Shown piece after piece: positions 50,185 to 59,590 of a stretch of DNA of 64,000 nt; positions within the stretch are counted from its first letter, which is position 1, and every line of letters begins with the position of its first letter. The translations under genes were made by a program, and so were the position numbers. Source of the DNA: Spirochaetota bacterium (GTDB taxonomy: Bacteria > Spirochaetota > UBA12135 > COTS27 > CBDBHE01); assembly GCA_965205605.1 (NCBI GenBank), contig CBDBHE010000007.1, positions 678,917 through 742,916 of the forward strand. The letters are read 5' to 3'. Under the pieces are notes generated by a model. The model saw only the letters and a list, made by a program, of their open reading frames with translations. It was not told the DNA's origin and made no database searches.

Positions 50185-50267
50185 GGGGAAGTCTTAACTA
50201 AACTTAGAAGATGCTCTCACGCTCTATTTCTGTAAGGGAATACCTTGGGGTCTTCTTCTTTCTTTTT
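50185..50267 (+). ncRNA. Putative tracrRNA
   Basis: GGGGAAGTCTTAAC pairs 12/14 with repeat 5' end GTTTTGACTTCCCC; downstream AGAAGA...TCTTCT stem enclosing a TATTTC/GGAATA hairpin, then a U-rich tract; ends approximate. Confidence 0.75.
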
Positions 50268-50270
50268 AAG

Positions 50271-50633
50271 TTACCAAAAATCAAACAACAAAGGTTGCTC
50301 TACACTTTTAAGTTTTTTCTTTTTTTTATAGTCTTTTCCTATGACACCAAGGCTTTTTTCCCACTGTTTATCGGTGATAAAAATCACACGAACATTCCCT
50401 GCGTAAGGGGTGATTTTTTCTAAAAAAATGGCATGTTTTTTCATATGGTCATAATTATCACAGTAACGCATATAGATAGAATATTGCATCATCTGATAGC
50501 CATCATTCAAAAGATCATTTCGAAAACGGCTTGCGGACTTTCGTTCTGTATCTGTCATCACTGGTAGGTCAAACATCACTAAAATCCAGCCCATTTTATA
50601 AGGCCCTTTGGAGATTTTCTTCTGCATAGTCAA
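50271..50633 (-). CDS. cas2: CRISPR-associated Cas2 (type II, Nmeni-like); true start may be slightly downstream
   Basis: MGWILVMFDLPV, FRNDLLNDGYQMMQYSIY, ITDKQW. Confidence 0.95.
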   Translation of the reverse strand: MTMQKKISKGPYKMGWILVMFDLPVMTDTERKSASRFRNDLLNDGYQMMQYSIYMRYCDNYDHMKKHAIFLEKITPYAGNVRVIFITDKQWEKSLGVIGKDYKKKKKLKSVEQPLLFDFW

Positions 50634-51525
50634 TTTCAGGAATCCATAAATTTTCTTTTTTTTGATTTGAAAAAGCCAAACACAAAGACTTTATATAAAT
50701 ATCAATCGCTTCTAGCAAGGTAGTGTTACCTGTTTTATAAGGTATTTTTTTTTGATAAAGCTCTTGTGCACAAAGCTTACACCAAGTATTAAAAGAGTTA
50801 ATGTCTTCTTCAAAAGATGGATCCGTATAAAAAAAGACCAAGCAAGCGTCAATAAAAGGCCTGAGGCATTCCATCAAATCATACACTAAAGGGTGTGAAC
50901 GATAACGAGACCTATGTTGCAAACCAAATTGAGGAAGCAATCCATGAGCGACAATACTACGGTGGCATAGAGCTGATAAAACGGCATACCCATAATTGAG
51001 CTTCTGATTAATTGGGTGATCGTGGTCTTTTCTACGTCTTACTCTTTCATCTGACAAGTATCCAAACAAGTGACTGAAATAGATCCTCGCACAGATAGAT
51101 TCATTTAGTTTTGATTCTTTAATTTTTTCTGATAAGAGATCTGTGTCACATCCAATCAGATTGAGCAAGTTAATCTGGTTTTGAATCTTGTGGTGTAAAA
51201 TATTATTCCAAATTTCTTTTTGAAATTCATCTTTCTGATACACTTGCCCAAAAGTGGTTTCTTTATTAATGATATTACTAATGCCCATCGTAAAGCCGAT
51301 GGGGCAAAAAGAAGCATCGCAATGGAGAATCACCGCTTTGTTTTCCAGTAAACTCTCAACGACTGGTACAGAAAGCACTCCAGATCGACATGCCATGACA
51401 AGAGCTTTGATATCTTTTAAAGGAGTACTCTTTTCGCTTTTATCTTTTCTTTGACAAACGAGAAATCCTCTTTTCTTATACAGATAAGACCCTTCTTTAA
51501 GGATATGAATAATGTGGCGGCTCAT
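50596..51525 (-). CDS. cas1: CRISPR-associated Cas1 (type II)
   Basis: HKIQNQ, ESICARIYF, NQKLNYGYAVL, GLQH, LVYDLMECLRP. Confidence 0.94.
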   Translation of the reverse strand: MSRHIIHILKEGSYLYKKRGFLVCQRKDKSEKSTPLKDIKALVMACRSGVLSVPVVESLLENKAVILHCDASFCPIGFTMGISNIINKETTFGQVYQKDEFQKEIWNNILHHKIQNQINLLNLIGCDTDLLSEKIKESKLNESICARIYFSHLFGYLSDERVRRRKDHDHPINQKLNYGYAVLSALCHRSIVAHGLLPQFGLQHRSRYRSHPLVYDLMECLRPFIDACLVFFYTDPSFEEDINSFNTWCKLCAQELYQKKIPYKTGNTTLLEAIDIYIKSLCLAFSNQKKENLWIPEIDYAEENLQRAL

Positions 51526-51561
51526 CCTTTTTTATCGGAGTCGGCTTGATTAATTTTGACT

Positions 51562-54500
51562 TTAAACGATTTCTAAATGTGTTTCATGATAAAGGTCATT
51601 TATTTGAAAATTTTTATGTACAACCCCTCTATTGCTTTCGATAGCAATCACACCCTCTGTCTTAAGTGATTTTAATGTATACAGCCCTTTGGGAATATCC
51701 CATTTACTATATTTAAAATCCTTTTGTAATTTAAGAATCGTTTCTCCTGCTTTTAATAATTTTCCTTCAAACAAAAGCTCAAGATCTGCATTGGACCTAA
51801 TTTTTTTTTCTTTGATTTTTCTGGGTGAATCAAAGGCATGCACAGGAAAAACCTCGACTTTTTGATTGACGGTATTGATCGCTAAAAATTGACCATGGTT
51901 AAAGGTTCCTTGACTTGAACTGCTGCCATCTTTTACATACTGACCTTTTTTGCCTTTAGGAGCAATGTCTTTATAAGAATCAGGGTTACCAACCTTACGC
52001 ATTACTTTTTTGACAATTCTTTTCCCATTTTTTCCAGAAAAAAATTCTTCTTTAAAAGCTTTGATAAGGTCTTCTTTTTTCTCTCTGTTAGAAATGATGT
52101 CTAAATAATCCTTTTCAAATTCCTCAAGTCGCTTGACAACCTCGCCGTCGAGAATGTTTTTTCTTTGTTCATTGGTTAATCCAAAAAATTCGTTTTTGTC
52201 GTTTAAAAGACTTTTTCTTTCAACAATTTTTTTTTCTTCTTTTCCACCCACAACAATTTTTCTTAATCCATAATAAGTTTTCCCCAAAGCAGGTTTAGCA
52301 CCGACCACCGTTTTGGGCATCAATTTTTCCAGTTGCTTAACAATACTTGCTCTTGCTTCTGAGTCGATACTTTTGTATAGCAAAATATCTTTATTCTTAC
52401 GGTCACTTTCTTCATGGTCATTTTCCTCTCGGTGACGTTCTCGGTCTCTCATCCATTCTCCAGCATAAGTCAGTACCATTGCATCGAGAGCATGGTGCCT
52501 CTTGTCACTTCTATTTTTTTTTTTTTTTATTTTCAATTTTTTCTTTCTTTTCGTCATAGGAAAGTTTTTTCCAATCTTCGCTGTCTCGCTTGATGGGCTC
52601 TCCTAGCTTATGATTTAATCGATGTGCTCTTCTCAAAGCGGCGGTTGTGTCCCCGTCGATTACCCGCACTAGTTTTTTTTCTCCTTTTTCTCCCATTATT
52701 TTCCCATAATGAGCGTAAATGACTTCATGAGTCAAACGAGCAATCCATGCAGTTTCTGCAAGAGCCGTGTATTTGTCAATAAGTGCAACAGCATTTTCTG
52801 AAAGAAGCAATTCTTGTTTCTTACTCCTCTTGGTTTTATCTTTTTTATTTTTAATCCCCGTTGTATTTAAAACTCTTTCTTTATAAGCACCCCATTTTCC
52901 ACTGTTAACTAGCCATTCATAAGGGATTTGATTTTTCTTCTCTTTTTGGTTAGTATCCCTTTTTGTGAGCACTAAATTATAGTCTGCATCATTACCACCC
53001 CTTGATCGAGGGACAATGTGATCGACGTCGTATTCATCCATTTTGTTAGCACTTAAACTTTCACCTGTATACATACAGACATGATTTTGTTGTTTCCAGA
53101 GCTTGTATTTTTTAAAAGTGTTCACACTTATCTCCTCTGAAGCAGTGTGTTTTTGAGCTTCTTCCCTTATTTTTGTATTTTCTTTTTGGTTTTTGTTTTG
53201 AGATTTAATTAGTTTTTCTTTTGCTTTTTTACCTAAAAAATCCTCTCTTATAAATTCAAGATGCACTTCATCGGGATCGCCATATTCTTTAAGCAGTTTT
53301 TTAAATTCTTTGTAAAAAAAATCCAAACGATGACGCACCACTCCATTTCGACAAGAGGCTATAATCTTTTCAACATTTTTTTCTTTTTCAGATGAAACTT
53401 CTTTCAGAGGTGAGATATTGGGAACATGAATTTCCTCCCAAGAATCACCCATTTTTTTTAGCACTTCAAAATGATTAATTTCTAATGAACTTTTCTTTTT
53501 CTCTTCAGGAGTTAAATTTTCAAAAGCTTTGGTCTTTTCTTGATAAAAATCCATAGGTGATTTTCCCGACAAGATTAATTCTTTAATAAGACGTAGAGCG
53601 GGTTTACTATAACGAGACCTCCCTTCAGTTTTTGGAGCACCAATTTCTCTTGTGGTCAAGAAAGAAGCCCCTTGTTTTTCTAAAATTTTTTTAAGATCGG
53701 CTTCAGAAAATTTAAAAGCCGTTATCGCTTTTTTAAAATTTTTCTTATTTTCTTTTAGAATTTTAAGAGCTTTTTGATATTTTTCTTGGTATAAAGAAAT
53801 AATATCTTTTGTTGTAAAGCTTTCTTCTTTGTTTTCCTTGTCATGAAATCTAAAATTTTTAAGTTGTAAAAGAAATGTTACCGAGCCTGAAAGTAGATGA
53901 TGGCGTGTTACTTGATATTCTGGAAAAAGACAACAATGGTTGACACATCGATTATCAAAACGAGGTTTTTTTTGATTTAAAATCCCTTCTATTTTTTTAG
54001 CTGACTGATAAGGTTTTTCATTTTTTCCATAAAGAATCAAATCACTTTGACCACGAAGTTTTGGAATTTGTTTTTTCGCTTGTTTTAAAAGGCAGAAAAT
54101 TTCTTTTTCAACTAACTCTCTACTTGCAGTATAACCTCTTGCTTTTTTAGCGTGGTGATTGATTCGTATTGTTTTTATTTTTTTTGATTTTTCATCCCAC
54201 AGACCCATTTGCCAAGCATCATAGTAACAAGGAAAATGATAATTTTCATCGTCTATTATTTCATTGAGAATGGCTTTGAATTCATTGACTTTTTTTGTAT
54301 TTTCATCTTTGTCCTTTTTTTTTGAATGTTTCCAAGGAACGTCTGTATCGTAGCCTCTTCTTTGAATAGCAGATCGAATTGCTTTATAAATCTGCCAGTC
54401 TTCTAAAGAATATTTTTCTAGCAGTTGGATCCGAAGAAGAGCAGAATTGTAAACGGTTTCGTCTCCTTTCTTGGGGAATTCTCTTTTCATTTTTTCTTTT

Positions 54501-54736
54501 GATGGAATTTCTTTTCCCAAGCCTTTCCATGTTTCTTGTAAATTAGATTCTCTTTCTTTATGAGCTTTCCTAGTTCGAAAAAAACTTCTTTTTTCTCGAC
54601 TTTTGGATGACCTTCCGTGATCAGGATTAATTAAATAAGAGGCTGCTGTTTCAATACAATTTCTTTTTTTAACAGCAAACCCTAATGAGCCCGTACCAAT
54701 ATCAAATCCAAAAATTAAATTGTTTTGATTCTTCAT
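51562..54736 (-). CDS. cas9: Cas9 (type II-C-like), split by a frameshift in an A15 tract (52514-52528); ~1057 aa if one A is removed
   Basis: RuvC-I FDIGTGSLG, Arg-rich bridge helix, RuvC-II HLEFIRE, HNH DVDHIVPRS...NLVL...N in the 741-aa ORF; RuvC-III RHHALDA in the 331-aa ORF. Confidence 0.92.
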
Positions 54737-54761
54737 TCTTTATTACTCGTTTAAAACTTTC

Positions 54762-54783
54762 AAGTATAAAGTATCTTATACTT
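54762..54783. promoter_or_regulatory. 8-bp inverted repeat overlapping the probable cas9 -10 box
   Basis: AAGTATAA-agtatc-TTATACTT; minus-strand TATACT lies 26 bp upstream of the cas9 ATG. Confidence 0.4.
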
Positions 54784-55139
54784 AAGAAAATAAAGCGATT
54801 CATTAATATTGGCAAAAACTATAATCAAGATAAATTTAGGAGGAAATCGCAAAGATTTCACTTGGATAAAAATACAAGGAAATGGTTTTATTAAGCTTAA
54901 TAATTAATGAGTTTGAGTTTCATCTAAAAAGGGGTCAGATAAAAGCAACGATTGTTTTTTCCTACCTATTAATAAGTGTTTTGTAAGCGAGCCTTTTAAC
55001 AGAGAAATACCCTTTTCGATTAAAGGTGGGGGATTGGCTCTTTAGTGAAAATCAACTTGATGATCGGGTAATTGCTTATCAACTAATAAAGTAATTTTTA
55101 TCTTTAAAAAAGCTTAGCATTGTTGAGGCGCTTAAAAAA

Positions 55140-55560
55140 TTAGCAAAACGAAACAAGTCCTTTTTTATACATCTTTCTTATTTTGTCATTCACGATTCTT
55201 TTCATGCTCCTAAACAGTTTGGCTAACAAGTATAAACAAAACCCAAGCATTAAAAACGCTACTTTTGTTACCATGATATTATCTTTAGATAAAAGTGTTG
55301 GAAGTGTTTTAAAGGTATTAGAAGATTTACAAGAAGATAAAAATAAAATTGTTTTTTTATATTCTGATAATGGTGGAGGTACTTTACGAGCTTATGATTT
55401 ATCGAGGAAAAAAATTTTAGGAAAAGAAAAAATCAACTCAGGTACTCTTCTTATCGAGGCTCTAAAAGAGATTTGTATGAAGGAAACTTTTTGTGCTTGG
55501 AGAAAATCAGTTGAAGCTTTTAAAATTTTAAAAAAACCCTTGGTTTTAAACTGTAATTGA
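55140..55560 (+). pseudogene. Sulfatase remnant
   Basis: KRNKSFFIHLSYFVIHDSFHAP, then frameshift into TMILSLDKSVGSVLKVLEDL...IVFLYSDNGG; typical arylsulfatase core motifs, N-terminal catalytic region not visible. Confidence 0.7.
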
Positions 55561-55581
55561 TTTAAAAAAAAACATAAATAA

Positions 55582-58401
55582 ATGACTTCTCCTATTGAAT
55601 CTAGTTATGACTTTAAAAAAAAAGAAGCCGTTATTTATTCTCTTTGGCAAAACGCAAACTATTTTCAAGCTGCTTTTAATAAAGATGGTATCGTAAGAAA
55701 TTTAAAGCGTTCTAAATCAAAGCCTTTTGTTATTATCATGCCGCCTCCTAATGTTACAGGGAGACTCCATATGGGACATGCGCTTAATAATACGATTCAG
55801 GATATTCTCATTCGTTATAAACGGATGGAAGGCTTTGATGCTCTTTGGGTACCGGGGACTGATCATGCGGGAATTTCCACTCAAAGTGTCGTTAAAAAAA
55901 ATCTAGATGCTCAAGGGATTGATTATCGTAATCTTTCAAGAGAAGATTTCCAAAAAAAAGTTTGGAAATGGAAAGAAAAATACGGGGATTTTATTTTAAA
56001 TCAATTAAAAAGATTGGGATGTAGTTGTGATTGGAGTCGAAGTGTTTTTACAATGGATGACACTCCTTCTAAAGCTGTTTCGTATGCCTTTTGTGACTTG
56101 TATAAGAAAGGGCTTATTTATAAAGGAAAACGAATTGTTAATTGGTGTCCTTTAGATCAAACAGCGCTTTCTGATGATGAAGTTGAAGTTGAAGTTGAAG
56201 AAGGTTCTCTTTGGTATATTCGTTATTTTTTTTCTAATCGGAAGGATTCTGTTGTGATTGCAACAACGCGTCCAGAAACTCTTTTTGGAGATGTTGCCGT
56301 TGCTGTTCACCCAGATGACAAACGTTATCGTCGTTTAAAAAATCAAAAAATCATTGTTCCTATTGTTGAAAAAGAAGTTTCTGTTGTTTTTGATTCGTTT
56401 GTAGAGATGAACTTTGGCAGTGGTTGTGTTAAAATCACTCCCGCTCATGATGCTAATGACTTTGAGGTGGGTAAACGACATCAATTAGATTGTATTAATG
56501 TCATGGATCAAGAGGCTTGTATGAATGAGCGAGTCCCAAAAGATTTTAGAGGATTAAGTCGTGAAGTATGTCGTCAAAAAGTCTTACAAATCCTTTCTGA
56601 AAAAGGTCTTTTAGTTAAAGAAGAAAAGAAAAAAATTGCCATAGGTCGTTCTTATCGATCTAAAGCGATTATTGAATATAGACTTTCAGATCAGTGGTTT
56701 GTAAAAATGAAAGAGCTAGCTCAAGAAGTTTTAAATCATGATGAAGCGTTTCATGTTTTTCCGATTCATTGGAAAAAAGTTTACCATCACTGGCTTAATC
56801 ATATACAAGACTGGTGTATTTCAAGGCAAATTTGGTGGGGACATCGGATCCCTGCTTGGATTCATAAGCAAACAAAGCAAATAATTGTAGGGCAAAATAT
56901 TCCCAAGCAAGTGCTTGAAAACTCTAACGAATGGGAGCAAGAAAATGATGTTTTAGATACTTGGTTTTCTTCTTCGCTTTGGCCGATGTCTTCTCTTGGG
57001 TGGCCTGAAAATACGTTTGATTTTAAACGATATTTCCCAACAACAATTTTATCAACCGCAAAAGACATTTTGTTTTTTTGGGTTGCTCGCATGAATATGA
57101 TGACTTTTCATTTTCAAAAAAAAATACCCTATCAAGATGTTTATTTTCATTCAACCGTTATGGATAAAAATGGTAAAACCATGTCTAAATCAAAAGGCAA
57201 TGGTATTGATCCCATTCATATTATTGAAGGGGCAACAAAAGAAGAACTTAAAGACCCTATTTATGATGCCAAACCTTCTAATATGAAATCAATGTTAAAA
57301 GCAATTGAACAAAATTATCCAGAGGGATTTTTTGGGGTGGGTTGTGATGCTTTGCGTTATACCTTGATTTATCTTTGTTCTTCAGGGCAAGAGCTGCATT
57401 TATCGATCGATCGTTTTGTGGATATTGGTCGTCGATTTATTACTAAATTTTGGAATGCAGCTAGGTTTGTCCTGACGCATTTAAATGATTTAGAAGATGC
57501 TACCTATGTAAAAAAAAAATTCATCCCTCGAGAAGAAGATTTATGGATTTTAATGCGTTTTTCTCAAACCTTAACAGAGGTGAAAAAAGCTTTGGACCTT
57601 TATGAATTTTCTAAATTAGGATCTCTTTATTATAAATTTGTTTGGAATGATTTTTGTGATTGGTATCTTGAACTGACAAAACTTTTTTTTAAAACCTCAG
57701 ATAATCTTGTAAAAAAAAGAGAAAAAATCTTTTTTCTTACTTTAGTTTTAAAAAAAACACTAAAAATTTTACATCCTCTCTTGCCTTTTGTTACTGAAGA
57801 ACTATGGTCTTCTCTTAGGAGCCTTTCAATTAAAAAAGGATTTTGGGCCCAAGAAGACGAACAACAACACCTTATCGTAGCTACTTTCCCAAAAGAAAAA
57901 AAAAACACTTTTTTAAAAGAAAATCAGCAAAGAAGCCATTCTTTTCAATTTCTTCAGAGTATTGTTACTTCAATAAGAAGCCTTAGAAAACGGTTTCATA
58001 TTAAAGAAAGTGAAATCATTAACTGTTTTTATAAAATCATTGATCCAAAAGAAAAAAATATTTTCATCTATCATAAAGCTTCTATTTGTAACTTTGCAAA
58101 ATTATCTATTAAAGAAGTCAACCATACAAATCATTTGGATTTATTAACAAAAATAGTATTTCCTGCTTTAGAAATTTTTCTTGATTTAAGGCATTTGGTT
58201 GATTTTGATAAAGAAAAACAACGTCTAAAGACAGTGATTGAAAAAACAGAAAAAGAATTTTCACAATGTCAAAAAAAACTTAATAATGAAAATTTTTTAA
58301 AAAAAGCTAAAAAAAAAATTGTTGATAAAGAACAAAAAAAAAAAAAAACCCTTGAAGCCACTCTTAAAAGAATTAAAGTAGAGTTGCAATCTTTTAGTTG
58401 A
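55582..58401 (+). CDS. valS: Valine--tRNA ligase
   Basis: PPPNVTGRLHMGH, DHAGISTQ, DWCISRQIWWGH, TMSKSKGN, C-terminal coiled coil. Confidence 0.97.
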   Translation: MTSPIESSYDFKKKEAVIYSLWQNANYFQAAFNKDGIVRNLKRSKSKPFVIIMPPPNVTGRLHMGHALNNTIQDILIRYKRMEGFDALWVPGTDHAGISTQSVVKKNLDAQGIDYRNLSREDFQKKVWKWKEKYGDFILNQLKRLGCSCDWSRSVFTMDDTPSKAVSYAFCDLYKKGLIYKGKRIVNWCPLDQTALSDDEVEVEVEEGSLWYIRYFFSNRKDSVVIATTRPETLFGDVAVAVHPDDKRYRRLKNQKIIVPIVEKEVSVVFDSFVEMNFGSGCVKITPAHDANDFEVGKRHQLDCINVMDQEACMNERVPKDFRGLSREVCRQKVLQILSEKGLLVKEEKKKIAIGRSYRSKAIIEYRLSDQWFVKMKELAQEVLNHDEAFHVFPIHWKKVYHHWLNHIQDWCISRQIWWGHRIPAWIHKQTKQIIVGQNIPKQVLENSNEWEQENDVLDTWFSSSLWPMSSLGWPENTFDFKRYFPTTILSTAKDILFFWVARMNMMTFHFQKKIPYQDVYFHSTVMDKNGKTMSKSKGNGIDPIHIIEGATKEELKDPIYDAKPSNMKSMLKAIEQNYPEGFFGVGCDALRYTLIYLCSSGQELHLSIDRFVDIGRRFITKFWNAARFVLTHLNDLEDATYVKKKFIPREEDLWILMRFSQTLTEVKKALDLYEFSKLGSLYYKFVWNDFCDWYLELTKLFFKTSDNLVKKREKIFFLTLVLKKTLKILHPLLPFVTEELWSSLRSLSIKKGFWAQEDEQQHLIVATFPKEKKNTFLKENQQRSHSFQFLQSIVTSIRSLRKRFHIKESEIINCFYKIIDPKEKNIFIYHKASICNFAKLSIKEVNHTNHLDLLTKIVFPALEIFLDLRHLVDFDKEKQRLKTVIEKTEKEFSQCQKKLNNENFLKKAKKKIVDKEQKKKKTLEATLKRIKVELQSFS

Positions 58402-58459
58402 TCGTTGTTTTTGTATATTAATATTATAAGGTATATGAAATGATTAAGTTTGTGTTGTA

Positions 58460-58843
58460 TTGATGATGACTTATTTTTATTTATTAGCGATGATTTCTTT
58501 TTCTATTATGGCGCAGCTTCTTATGAAGTGGCGAGTTGGGAAATATAGTGATCAAATCCCGATTGATTTTTTTAAAAAATTTTTTTTTATGGGAAGATTA
58601 TTTTTAGACCCATACATGTTTTTAGCTTATTTTTTAGGATTTTTATCTTCTCTTTTATGGCTTTTGGTCATTAGTCGACTTGCATTAGGGTATGCGTATT
58701 CTTTTACGAGCCTTACGTTTATAGGGATTCTTTTTTTCTCAGCTTATTTTTTTCATGAGAAGCTCACCGTCTATAATATAATAGGGACCCTTTTAATTGT
58801 TGTTGGTCTTTGCATTGTTGTTCAAGGTGTAGTGCGTAATTGA
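58460..58843 (+). CDS. Small DMT/EamA (ArnE/ArnF-like) membrane transporter
   Basis: 4 TM; AQLLMK, LWLLVISRLALGYAY, FHEKLT...GTLLIVVG. Confidence 0.8.
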   Translation: MMMTYFYLLAMISFSIMAQLLMKWRVGKYSDQIPIDFFKKFFFMGRLFLDPYMFLAYFLGFLSSLLWLLVISRLALGYAYSFTSLTFIGILFFSAYFFHEKLTVYNIIGTLLIVVGLCIVVQGVVRN

Positions 58844-59208
58844 GATTGATTGTCAAATATAACTTTAATACCATTGTTTTTTCTCACTTTGCGTAGATAT
58901 TCTACTTAAAAAATTAGGTAAAGCAAATCAAGGTTGGCAAAATACTTTGATTCAATGTGATTAAAACAAAATCATATTGTGCTTGAAATATCTAAAGTTG
59001 AAAGGATCAATACGGCATGAAATCCGGTAACGAATGATTTAAAAACCTCTATTCAAAGAGACAATTGCCACTTTATCTGTACTACTTGAACCTTTATTCA
59101 AAGTATATTAACATTCACACAAGGGTAGACTTATCAAAATTAAATTAAGCTGTTTTTTTTATTGGTTTTGTGATTTAAAAAGTAGGGCTTACAAGGACTT
59201 TGTAGAAA

Positions 59209-59580
59209 ATGAAAAAAATAATTTTTAGCTTTTTTTTTTATTTTAGTTTTGTTTTCAGCGAGGACAAAAAACCAATAATGGAAAAAGAAATGGTTAAAAT
59301 TAGAAATTTTTCTTGGGAAGATTTTTTAAGCGGATTTATTCATTACTTTCAAACTTGGAATGAAATTAAATTTATTATTTGGGTTATTTCTTTTTTTTTT
59401 ATTATAGAAGCAGTTGTGGTGGTTAAAAATTGGAGGCCTAAAGCAGATTTTAAAATTAAAGAAAGAAAAAGAAAAATTGAAGAGGCTATCAAAGAAAAAA
59501 AACTCAAAAGGCAAGTTGAGATCAAAAAAAAAGAAGAAGGAGAAGAAGAAGAAAAAAAAAAAGAAAAAAAGACTTTTTAA
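59209..59580 (+). CDS. Hypothetical membrane protein with K/E-rich tail
   Basis: Signal-like N-terminus, one TM, charged tail; AAGGA upstream. Confidence 0.55.
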   Translation: MKKIIFSFFFYFSFVFSEDKKPIMEKEMVKIRNFSWEDFLSGFIHYFQTWNEIKFIIWVISFFFIIEAVVVVKNWRPKADFKIKERKRKIEEAIKEKKLKRQVEIKKKEEGEEEEKKKEKKTF

Positions 59581-59590
59581 ACAATGTGTT

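Noticed and set aside
50177-50185. TTATACTTG shared between the tracr leader and the cas9 promoter, suggesting tracr-L-type autorepression
   Set aside because: Only 9 nt, explained by both being -10 boxes, and it directly abuts the anti-repeat rather than preceding a repeat-like segment as a guide would need
49967-50423. Short ORFs 49967-50170, 49977-50168 and 50211-50423
   Set aside because: Translations of the CRISPR array, the tracrRNA and the cas2 antisense strand
52511-54736. The 741-aa ORF as a stand-alone ultra-compact (type II-D-sized) Cas9
   Set aside because: It lacks RuvC-III. That motif (RHHALDA) lies in the overlapping downstream frame across the A15 run, so this is one frameshifted ~1057-aa gene
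9968-57908. Many antisense or alternate-frame ORFs in the track (e.g. 10560-11171, 15234-15659, 32497-32805, 38609-38932, 43076-43462, 47644-47925, 56862-57092)
   Set aside because: Shadow ORFs fully overlapping confidently identified genes
58844-59208. Intergenic stretch with less biased composition, possible IS or gene remnant
   Set aside because: No terminal inverted repeats, transposase motif or recognisable reading frame could be identified by eye
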